NCBI GenBank assembly: GCA_002633005.1
Contig: NMRA01000011.1
Location: forward strand, 563,635-627,634
DNA from: Phoronis australis
Lineage: Eukaryota > Animalia > Phoronida
Length of the DNA stretch: 64,000 nt
Direction: 5' to 3'
The notes under the pieces were generated by a model. That model ran no database searches, was not told where the DNA came from, and was given only the letters and a program-made list of their open reading frames with translations. Positions within the stretch are counted from its first letter, which is position 1; each line of letters opens with the position of its first letter. Positions 24,710 to 35,695 of the stretch are shown in pieces. The translations under genes were made by a program, and so were the position numbers.

Positions 24710-26767
24710 GTACGTGATGAGAATGAGTCGTTTACTTTCAATAGATTGCCATTGATACATGTAAGTCAAATGTATGCGAAAGCCGATAGACCTAAATTGA
24801 TATAGGCCTACATGTAACTGCAAGAAGCGCTTCTCCACAGTAATCAACTCTTATAAACATATTTTTCCAAAACTAATATCAAAATAGAGTTAGAACGATA
24901 TCACGCCGGTGTAGGGTTAATACTGTGGAGAGCTTGAAATTATTTCTCACTCCATAGCGCATATGTATGCACAAAACCATCGCTTCAGCTTTTCAACTGC
25001 TCGAATGCTGAGCTTTGAGTTTTTGCAGAGAGCCGCCAGTTGTCAACTGCCTGGCTTGAAAGCTTAACTAGAACGAAGAACTTGACTGATTGTTATAAAA
25101 CTAATCACGCTGCACAAGCACAAATAAAGGGTGTCTCTAAGTTGTGGGATACATTTTAAATAAGAATAACTGGAAAAAGAGATCTTGTGTTTAAACGCTT
25201 CTTGCTTACGACATAGGCAAAGCACTTGATATGAGCTGCCAAATAATGCCTCCTGTGGTGATTTTTATTCCCTGTCTCTCCAGAGTTTATCAGTTCATCT
25301 ATTTCTTCATGCCTTATACCTCGTGGCCACAATAATTTCCCTTTCTTTTGCCAACCTTCGGTCTCCTTTTCATCTCCAGAAACTGATCTTGTGACCCAAG
25401 TGGTCGGGACATATTTCAATCGGAATTACATTCACCATGTGCACACTTCTGCCATGTAAGCGCTCATTTGCTGTATTTCTAATGGCAACCATTACATTAA
25501 CTGATGTAAAAGGTGAAGTTATTGCCATGTAGTATGAGTCCTTGTGCAAAGGACGACATTTAGAAAGGTTGTGGAATTGTGCGGTAATCTACAGCGCCTG
25601 TAGATGCGCGTCTCGGAAACGTATTTCATATGAGAGAGGTTCGATCAAACGTTAAACGTGAACGAGAACGCGTGAGGTCGGCATTATTTGCTTACTACGT
25701 CATCATATTGATCTACATTTTGTGCTCAGCCTAGTCTCAAGGGCGGTGAATGCCACTGATCTCACGTAAGTCCAAAACGTGAATTTTAATTGTCGATTTA
25801 TCGTAAAAGATCGTTAGATGTGTACAAATTTAAAGTTGGTGTAGCTTAGTTTAACTTGCTCGGTTAATTGTTTGAAATATGACCTTTGTTGTGAGACTCT
25901 CCTCGCGTGGATGATTTTTCTCAGCAAAGCCACAGAAATCGGATGGATGATAAGACACACGGAAATAGCATACTACTACTTCGTGCCAAAATATCTTAAT
26001 TTCGGTAACATTTTATGAAAGCAAATGAGAGGAATGCTTTAATTATAAACATTCTAAGCAAACAGTAATAACTAAAAGTTTGTGAATTAAGTGCATTTTT
26101 GCCCAAAATGACGGTTGGTATCAGAAAATTGACAGCTTAGAATTTGTATAACTGGGATGTTGTTTGTTTTCACTGGGGGCAGAATATAATGATGTCAACA
26201 CGGTCTTAGCTCTTACGCCCTGTTCCCTGCTGCCACCGACTGTTTCACGCATGCAGTCGTCCATGAGAAAAACTCGCATGGTTTCTAGCTACACCCGTAC
26301 AGATGTCGAACTGCTGGAAAGTGTCAACTTACCGACCCCCTGTTATCACTACTAGTAGTAGTAGTAAACATTGGAACTTAACAACCCAGCCTAGTATTCT
26401 GTACATGCAATAAATAAATTTTTAGAAAATACCTAAAGACATTTCGTTATGCAAAAACAACACAAAAACAGTGTATGAGATGACATCGATTTTTTCTACA
26501 TCCAATATTTATGATCTTACAAAATAATAAGTTGATGTGAAGCTGATGTATGTATACAAAACTTGTAGTAATTATCTTTACAGGCTTTTCAGTTTCATTC
26601 ATGCACTTTCGAGAACGCCATGATATTTTCGTAATAGCGGATATAATAGTTTTACAGTTACATCATATATTGAGAATTATACCACAATATTAGCTTCGAA
26701 TGACATATACAACCGTGTAATAACCCATTTAGTTATCTCACTAGTGAGATAACATTTTGGCGGGAAA

Positions 26768-26838
26768 CCGAGGCCAGTTTCGAACCCGGGCCTCAAGAGT
26801 TTCGGTCACCGACTTTACCACTACACCACTCAGCAGCT
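26768..26838 (-). pseudogene. tRNA-derived sequence (SINE head or tRNA pseudogene)
   Basis: Minus strand GCTGAGTGGTGTAGTGGTAAAGTCGG...CCGGGTTCGAAACTGGCCTCGG has Pol III A box (TGGTGTAGTGG) and B box (GGTTCGAAAC). Anticodon and T stems are imperfect. Confidence 0.5.
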
Positions 26839-27363
26839 GACGTCATCGAACGTGAAAATAGAATACTTAAATGAACACGCGCAACAATCGCATGTTCAGC
26901 AAAGGGCATTGCACCGACATTTATACGCTATGAAAAATAAGACGCACAATTTCCATAAAAACGATATTTTAATTCAGTGAAATTTTTCTCTATTGTTCTC
27001 TAACTTGTAAATCACCGATCTCCAATTTGAATGCGGGTATCGTGTCGTCGGGATCCTTTGACTTGAGCATTATACTCAGTTACTAGTGGTAACCTACTTT
27101 AGCAGACGATATTTTCCCGGTCGAAGCTTAGCGTGATAAAATGTGTAGTAAGCTATAATATTTGCCAAACCTTAATTTATAGATTCACTTTATTTCTATT
27201 TTGTTTAAATTTACAATTGGTTTTGAGTAAAAGCATTATTTGACAAAAATAGCTCGGCTTTTCTTAAAAGGTCACGACCCCCGGGCCTCTGACATAGAAA
27301 GTACTTACAAAGCCGAGGCGAGTCGAGAAAGGTAGATCGATTCATTGCAATGTTTCTCGTTGT

Positions 27364-27535
27364 ATAAATAGATTTTTACATGTTCTCAGTCGTTAACCCA
27401 TTATCTAGAGCCCTCGTGGATTTTGTAGAATTATCACCCTCGGGGCTAACACCCCTCGGGCGATAATTCTCAAAATCCACTCGGGCTCTAGATAACGGGA
27501 GATAACGACTTCGCCATGTAATAATCTATATTTAT
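27364..27535. repeat. Long hairpin (foldback MITE-like)
   Basis: ataaatagat...ttatctagagccc...gtggattttg.agaattatc is mirrored by gataattctcaaaatccac...gggctctagataa...atctatatttat; ~170-bp imperfect palindrome. Confidence 0.8.
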
Positions 27536-30500
27536 TATAGTTGCGCAATTATATGTCCCGGTGCAAGTTGGTTAAGCAGACGTCACTGGCGTCATCCATT
27601 TAAATGAACACCTGTGAGTAGAACAAGACACAAAATAATGGCAGACTTGAATGAAGTTGGCAACAGTTGTCAAGAGAATCTTAGACATTATTAACCTAAA
27701 TAAGCAATATTGTTTATTCATTATGTATAGTTTTTCATTTGAATGCGTAAACTAAGAATGGTCACTTCATTGAATTTAACCAAAGTAAACTAATTCTCCA
27801 TTTTCGTACAAAAGTTAAAAGAATCACTCTGAACAAGCTTACTGTACACTTTATATGCATCCCAAACTGAGACTGAAGCTAACCAATGTGACCTTACAGA
27901 TAAGAAATACGTGTACGCTCATGTCACAATTCTATAAACTATTGTTTTGTTATGGTAGAGTGCAACTTCTAAATCCATTTTTGACAATTTCTTGAAACCA
28001 TCATCATTTTGTTCGATCCCAGACTATGTTTTGGCTAATTCAATCAAACGTTCCACATATGCTTGGTTAACAACATTGAAGTGAACAAGTCAAATACACA
28101 GTTAAGTCACAGGGCCGTAATGGTGTATTTCTTCAGATCCTAGAATCCCATGTACATTTGTCTGTATCCTGCATGTCTCTTTTTAGTCTATTTGTTGTGA
28201 TAGTGTGGGTTGCGACCTACAACCACTTCATCTCGGGAATGAGGCTAATTCATATGTGACAGAGATAAAACCAGGAGAAATAGATAGGGAAGTTCAGTCC
28301 CAAGACAGCACCAAAATACTCCCCAACACATTAAAGCTCCGTCATTAAGAGAAGAGAAAATAGCTATGCATGTACTCAGGGTCCCTAAAAATGAATGGTC
28401 TTCAATTAGTTTACTTAACATTAACTGAGTGTGCAATCACTAATTGGTAATTCAGTTGTGTTTTGTTAGTGCCTGTTCTAAATCACCCAGTGTATTTGAT
28501 TTGTTTTCTGTAGTTAATGGATTGAAGACAACAAAAAGTAAATATAGCTGTAAACAGCAGTTTGCCTAATTGTACGTGAAACTTAATTCTTTCTCAAGGA
28601 AATCTTATCACATACAGAGAAGAGGATCAGATGATGGCAAAATGTAACGCAAAATGAGGTCCACGCGATGATGACAGGAAATGGTGGCGAACTACCAAAG
28701 AATCATATCCTCTCTCACTAAGTCTTGATCAACTATAAAATCTTTCTTTTGTTTGATTCTTATAACAGCAAATCAAAGTATCCCCTGGCATTAAAAGTGG
28801 AAATCCCAGGTGGTCATCTGGTTGTTTCCTACTCTTTTATTTTAGATTCTGTTGAAGGGAACATGCCTAAAATCTGAAAAGTAACACTTGTCTGAAAAAA
28901 GCTGAACTCTGAAGAGTCTAAAGAGCTTTCTATAAAGGAAAACAATTTGGCTATGGGAAAATGTTCATTTCATTGATAAAATTAACTGAACGAACTAAAC
29001 AGAAAGGAAAAGTCAAAATTCCAACTACTAAACACTTTATCAACAATGAATAAAAAATTAATAATTTACAGGCGACATTTAAAAATCTTGTTGTTGAAGA
29101 AAAAGAACAATACCCCACTCTATACATATGAAACGTGAACAAATCATCAGATTATTCAATCGTAAAAATAAGTTCCTCGGTTATTTCGACGTAAAGTCAT
29201 CTATGGAGGTCAGATTCGTCTGCATTTTCATCAAACTTGTGCAGTACCACAATCTGTCATATTTGTTCATTTGTTTGGGTTTGTTTTGGTCTATTGGTCT
29301 GCCTGTTATTGCTCAAAAATAACTTGGACCCTGTGTTGGTGCCAGGAATGACATGGTTCTCATTCAAATTGGTCTTGTTATCTCTTAGTTTACTAAGTTG
29401 TCTCTTTATTGAATAACTGTCCATTTTGGATTTACTTTTATGTTAGCACAGCAAAAGATTTCAGATATGTCTCTGTCAACTTGCTTTGTTTTTTGTCGAC
29501 TAACTGCTATGGCCCATCCAGCCTGAGTATCCATGTGATGTACTGCTCATCTCTGTAGTAAACATGTTGATGTCGTAGACCAAGTAAGTCACCCGACCAA
29601 GTTTACTTGGTCGGAAGACTTACTTGGTCTACGACTTTGACACATTGCCCATTCGAAGAAGCATTGCTTGCAAGCGACAAGATGACCATTAACATATGTT
29701 GAAGAAACAGTGGTGGTTGCTTTCTGTATGTCAGGGTACAAGTGATTTAGATTCTATAAAGTGTCGCAGAATGAAAGCGTTGTCTTAACACAATCTATCT
29801 ATTCCCGTTCGCATGACGCAAACACTTGACGTTTATTGCACAATTATATTTCTTGTACAATTATCTTGCTGTGTAGTCACTCTGACATGTGTGTATGGTG
29901 AGTATGTACTTATATTCTTGTAACATTATAAGTTACAGTGGACACTGCTTTTACACATCACTCTAATATTTGACTTCGAATGATACATTCTGATTGCAGT
30001 CACTGTGTAGCTCAATTAGCCATCTGTTGTTTTGCTCAAGTTGCTTTGTTTTTCTACAGAAAACATCAAGGACATTTACTCAATTCATCAGTTTACCCGA
30101 CATTTACTATATTGTTTTACATGGAGTATGGATAAAAATAATATTGTACTTGCTTTCTAGCCTAAGTCAGACTTCAATCAAATTTGAGCAGAAGTTGACA
30201 GCTTAGTGCATTCACCTCACGAAGGCGAACAGAATTTCGTTGAGCTAGACTATTTGTTGTATAATGTTTAAGCATTTATACCTTAAAAAGAAAAATTAGC
30301 GTTGTTAACTGTGTGTGGTTAGAAATATTTTATAACTGCACTGTCCTTATTTAAGAAAGGAAGGGAAAATTCAAAAATAATTCCAATGTTCATTTGGCCA
30401 AAGACTAATGACATTTTCAGTTGAAAATTGCGTGTACTGAACATCCATTGACTGTGCTAAAACATACATATATGTGCATCCAACAGTGTGTGTACATCGT

Positions 30501-32789
30501 TCCTATTCTACATCAATTTTTCATGTTCTGTCCTGCACCACTATACTTCTATTTAAATAAGTGAAATGCAACTACCGTTCTTCTGCATCCATGTTATTTT
30601 ATCATTGTTTGCAATTACCTCTGATGAATGTTAAAGCTTTACAATGTATTCAATTCCTGAAACTTTGGTTCAAATTGTCTCTCATTAGCTGCTCGCCACT
30701 ATTTATTGTATAAACAAGTTATGAAGAAACAGAGGCAAGCTTAGTTGTTAGAACTACAAGCGGTATTCGATTTTACTGTCATTTCTTGGACTTTCCTGAG
30801 TCCTAATTTGATTTGTAGGTTTTGAAATTTTCCATTGAAGTTGTGCAATGCTTTGTTTAACATTTGTATATATAAAAATACGATTCTGAGTATATTTTAA
30901 AATTGGTATTTCGTGTTTTCAGTTGTCTCACTGGTTCATCTACATAATCACCAGTGTTCGCATTTACCACAGAAAGCTTGGTTATAAACTGTCTTTTTGG
31001 TTTCTTTCCCTCAAATTGTTTATGAAACTGATGCAGCTGGTCAAAACTATACTGCCCCGTCATTCTAGGGCTCCAGAGGGCCCAACCTAGAAAAATATTG
31101 CAACAGAAGGTTTTTTTTTGCATAAATGGCATCTTCAAACATCCCTTGGTGACAGAAAAAGTCTTCCAAAGTGGGAGAGGCGGAATTCGGTTTTTCAAGA
31201 TGGCGGAAAAATGGCCGCCAAACCGGTGTTTAATGCTTTTTGACTTGTTACTTTTATGCAACAGCTGGAAATAACACAATAGAGCTTGTCATTTGTTATA
31301 TACTTTTAATAACAGACATACCAATCAAAAGATGCTAATTTTCCATAAAATGAAACCAATATGGCTTACAAAATTGCGGCTGAAACGGCAATTTGGTACA
31401 TGTTGCAAAATTTCTTGTCATATTTTGCCCTGAAAATGGCAAAATTTCTGAAGTTAGACAATTGAAAATATTTGGATCTTACAGTTAGTCACTGATTGGA
31501 TAGAAAAAATCAAGATGGCCGACAAAATGGCCGCCAACTCACAAATAACTCCAATGTACCGCATGCGCATTCTGCAAACGTTGTTTGTAAACTGAGAAAC
31601 GTTTACACAAAACATTTTACAATCTACAGTTAGGCTTGATGAGTTGATTCTTTATAAAGTTGTTTATAAGATTTAGGTATTAAATGTGGAATTTTAATCA
31701 CATTTTAGATTATTTAACGTAAAATTTGGTGTTTTTCAGAAAAGGCTTTAGTTAAATTTTCATAAGGAACTTCACACACTCACTTATTTTTCTGTAAAAT
31801 ATATTCATTTGAGGCATCAAAAATAATATTTGTTAGACGAATATTAATTCTGGTGGAATTATTGGCTTATTCAGTACACAAACCCTGAATCACATTGGGC
31901 AGGAAGTGGCTTTTCTCTCTGCTATTGGACATATTATCAGTTGTTCCCATGTAAAGATTTCGTCTGCTACTGACACAGTGGAGAATTTGGCATCTGATTT
32001 TACCTGAATTTGATGAAAAATGAATAAATTTGTGTAACAAAAATCTAATAGTTAAATTATTAACATTAAGTACTCGTGATTGGTTTAATACGCATGCTTT
32101 TTATGAACATAACTGATTTTAGAGGAAATTAGTGCCAGCAAACCAAACGACAGTGAGATGCAGTCGCTTGTTCTTAGCCAGTCTTGGCGGATTTCATACT
32201 GAGATGAGCTTTTTGGGATTTATTGGATACGTAATGTCAGGCATCATGCTTCAAGTTCTTAATACAGTGTATGCATCAAACAGTGTGATCCATATGCTAA
32301 ATTTAAAAAGTGTGGATAGAGCAGTGAGGGGCATATGTTGGTAGGCTCAGCACTGAATGCTATCGTCACAGCCAGAGCATTCAACCTCCCACTTCCAAAT
32401 ATTGACAGATCACGTGACGCCAATCCAGAACCAATGACTTCAGGATTTCAAGAAAGAAGTTCCGGTTCTTCAGAAATTCCAGGAGTCCCGAATGTCACCA
32501 ACACTGAACACACTGATTCCGTGCCAAGAGGTAGAGCAATTCAATGTTTGTATACAAACGTTGGCTCGTCAGAATATATGGAGACAGATTCTTCAGATAT
32601 ATCAACTGATCACATAACTATAGATGTGTACACTGGAACATGCAATGCACACTCAGTGTCTTCCTATTCTGAACCTTGGATTACAGTGGAATACACTCAC
32701 GAGAGTTCACTCCTGGCTTCCGACATGCCACTGGTATATTCAAACAGGACTGAATCAGAGTATTACGTCTTCAAAATTCGTAGTGACAG

Positions 32790-33024
32790 CAGAGGCGGAT
32801 CTACAGGGGGGGTTCAGGGGGTTTAAATCCCCCCTCGGGACAGGATCAAAAATAAAAACCGGAAAAAAACGCCAGAAAAACGAAATTAGCTACTAAAAAT
32901 CCCAAAAAATCTTACACGGGAGGAGGGAAACCCTCTCGCGACCTTCCTTCTCCTCGGCGCTACGCGCCTCGGATTCTCTCGAATCCTAAACCCCCCCCTT
33001 ACTGAAATCGTATATCTGCCACTG
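32790..33024. mobile_element. MITE with CAG(T/A)GGCGGATCT TIR and 5-bp TSD GACAG
   Basis: gacag|CAGAGGCGGATCTAC...GTATATCTGCCACTG|gacag. Related ends occur at ~6356 (CAGTGGCGGATCT) and 14200-14313 (GTAGATCCGCCACTG). Confidence 0.75.
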
Positions 33025-33780
33025 GACAGAATGGTTTGTCAGAGGAATTTATGGCCACTAATATACTGGATTATTTGAAAGCTGGTATGAAGTTGTATGA
33101 TGATATTATTGCTGGCATCAGTGACGTCTATGTGCGGCGATGTATGCTCGTCGTAGTGTCTTGTAGGAATCCATAAAAACGAAGCACATAAATCAGACTT
33201 GTCTTAGCAAAGTCAAAACCAGCAGTCTCCAGCTACAGTATATGAAGACGAATGACATCTTGCAACTTTTTCTAAAAGCAGAAATAACGTCAGATTGGGA
33301 ACTTCACTTAAAAGTAATTTCTAACATGCTGCCTTACTTTGCACCTGCTGGCTACATCTCATATGCAAAATTTGCATACATGTACTTATAGCAGATGCAC
33401 CAACTCAAAGACACCCATCCAGACGTGTACAGCACCTTTATTAACAGCCACCATGCCATAAGACCAAGTGACAGATTCTGGGCATGCTTGTCATCTGACC
33501 TTGTAATTGAACAAACGCTCATGAAAACCATTAAATCATCAGGAGGTTTAACTAGTGGTTGCGGAACGGGAGATACGCAGCATGCACTGTTGCTGCTTTC
33601 CATGCCGGCATGCATGCTAAAGTATAAATGGCGCCATGTAGAGTATGACAAACTTGAGTTGCGAAACAAGTGAGTTGCACAAAGAATGTACCCTCGCAAG
33701 ACAGCCGCGGGATGTCAAATACATCATCAGCCTTGTTGAATTCCTCCACAACAGAAACCCATTTGAAAGGGATTACAGAA

Positions 33781-33920
33781 CATAGTCGGTGCAGCACTGG
33801 AAAAAGTGGGGGGCTAAAGCCCCTCAGCCCCCTGTGGTGCACTGCCTATAGACCATGTGCGGCGTAGCACTGAAAAAGGGGGGCTATAGCCCCCCAGCCC
33901 CTTGTGGTGCGCCGCCCATG
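33781..33920. mobile_element. Same GC-rich MITE family, opposite orientation, 5-bp TSD CAGAA
   Basis: cagaa|CATAGTCGGTGC...GCGCCGCCCATG|cagaa. Internal ctatagaccatgtgcggcgtagcactg is the reverse complement of ~16620-16646. Confidence 0.8.
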
Positions 33921-34554
33921 CAGAACATCACCACTGTTATGACTGCAGGCACACGCGCGCGCGTCAATGGGAAAAATGCCAGAGAAGCGCGGGGGCGGGG
34001 CAATTCTCTTGTCTATAGACTGGTCGAGTTTTTAAGACTTCACATTCAGAAAGAAAGACAAGGTTGTGGCAATGACACGTCCACTAATTCATGTTGCCAA
34101 TAGTGTTTTTACACAAGTGGATCCACAACTGCTCTTTCAGCGATTACTCAGTGACAGCAGCAAAAGACAACAGTGAATGTTTATCAAGCCTTTTGAAGTT
34201 TGAGCTGTGTGTTGGTTCTCCCCCTCTTTTTGATACATCTGGTCTTCCCAGAGTCACTGAGCTGATGCACTCTGGTCCAGTGGAGCACGACCTACTTGAG
34301 GATTACCAATTTCCAGAAAACAAGTAGTTCCATCCATTCATGTGTGGTTTTGGAGTATGGATCTGATGTGTTTGTCAGCAATTAGCCTGGTACTTATTGT
34401 AGTTAGACATTGTTTATGACAAGGGTCTGAAAATTTTTAGACCAGGCGAACAATCGTCATGAGCAGCCAGTTGCTGGTAACAATCAGATTAATTGATCCC
34501 TGATTTCAAAATAACAGGCGTTTTTCAATGGAAGTAGCTGATTCTGAAATCAGG

Positions 34555-34720
34555 AATCAGTCCAGCCTCCCGTTCAGTAACGCTAGGACCTCGCTAAAAA
34601 TCAAGACTTCGCGAAATTACGTGAGATATTGCCGTGTATTTTAAATGAGAACACGTGACTTTGACTAGGTTTTACCTAGGTCCTAGCGTAGGTCCTAGCG
34701 TCTACTGAACGCACGCCAGG
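34555..34720 (-). repeat. Dispersed repeat; inverted copy of 21465-21625 and 23515-23670, related to 19520-19610
   Basis: ctaggacctcgctaaaaatcaagacttcgcgaaattacgtgagatattgccgtgtattttaaatgagaacacgtgactttg is a close reverse complement of the 21.5 kb and 23.5 kb segments. Confidence 0.75.
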
Positions 34721-35510
34721 ACTCATAAAACAATATATTATCCAGTTGCCAAACTTGTCGTGCCACNTCTTTGAAGGGAGATATTGTTGGGCAGTTTCTA
34801 AGATACGTTTTCTTGCCGCCCTCAAAATGAGCGCTGCACACTTTATGCTACGAAGTCGGAAAGAATTCACGAAGTCGGCCTTTGCTACCAGCTCTTCCGA
34901 TGTCTCTGACCCATGTTTAACGCAGTTCTTGATCCTTGGGAAACAGTTAGTTACTAATTTTTTTATTTCGCCCTGACGCTTGCCGACGTACTTGTTTACC
35001 AGCTTAACCACAATGCAACATTCTGACCCATTTCCAATATGGCGGCGTTGCAACTCCGCTATTGTGTTGGTTGTGACATGTATTTGACCACATTGTGGCT
35101 CTATTCATTTTCCCGCCGTACAGCGGATTAGCGCGGATACAGCACACGTTTGTACAAGAAACTTGCATGTTCGGGTGGACATGACACACTGATGCTGGGT
35201 ACGTGCATACTTCACAGGCATGTCCACTTCCAATTGAAGTCGCTTTCCTTCTATTTTCTCGTATTTGAGCTATTCAATTAAAGAATGTGATATGCAGTGG
35301 TCTAAAGGAAAATGATGTTGACAATGTAGTCCCTTGTTGTAACTACACTGTAGGTAAATGGTAGTTTTAAGCTATTTCAAGTGCAGCCGAAGGTCTCTAA
35401 TGGAACACAACGAATACGCAACCGCGTGAACTTGCGACTTCTGGTGAATCACGCGTTCTCGGATATTTTCGTTTGTGTTAAACGCAATGTGGTTTCGTTG
35501 ATTTTTGCAG

Positions 35511-35695
35511 GAACAAAGAAATGTCAAGGGACAAACAATCGATTCAGCGCACCGTTGGGTTACGCCCATAATCGCTACCTGTACTACCGCAACAGGTATT
35601 CCAACTGTTCGGTGGTCGAAGGGAATTTGGAGATCACTCACCTCGATGCACGTGACGCCAATTTTGATATGAGTTTCCTCAATGGAATTGAAGAG
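35511..35695 (+). CDS. EGFR/ErbB-like L-domain gene, exon 2
   Basis: tttttgcag|GA ACA AAG AAA TGT...: (G)TKKCQGTNNRFSAPLGYAHNRYLYYRNRYSNCSVVEGNLEITHLDARDANFDMSFLNGIEE|gtgag. Matches EGFR VCQGTSN...NCEVVLGNLEIT...YDLSFLKTIQE. Confidence 0.93.

Larger units (their letters stand above)
20913..24779. other. Near-identical duplication across N-gap 22735-22960 (20913-22734 vs 22962-24779), including L-domain exon 1
   Basis: Colinear ~1.8-kb copies with SNPs and indels flanking the gap. Confidence 0.85.
32130..34330 (+). pseudogene. Decayed transposase of a large invertebrate DNA transposon (superfamily not determined), in intron 1 of the L-domain gene
   Basis: Broken frames LGGFHTEMSFLGFIGYVMSG, FLKAEITSDWELHLKVISNMLPYFAPAGYISYAK, HAIRPSDRFWACLSSDLVIEQTLMKTIKSSGGLT and FELCVGSPPLFD. 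These motifs are recalled from a widespread TE-derived protein family. Stops, frameshifts and nested MITEs are present. The element may extend left to ~31050. Confidence 0.7.

Noticed and set aside
20913-24779. Real duplicated alternative first exons/promoters for the L-domain gene
   Set aside because: The copies abut an assembly gap like five other duplications; allelic overlap is more parsimonious.
32335-32826. 163-aa ORF as an independent gene
   Set aside because: Lies within the decayed transposase, has a non-ATG start, and runs into a MITE.
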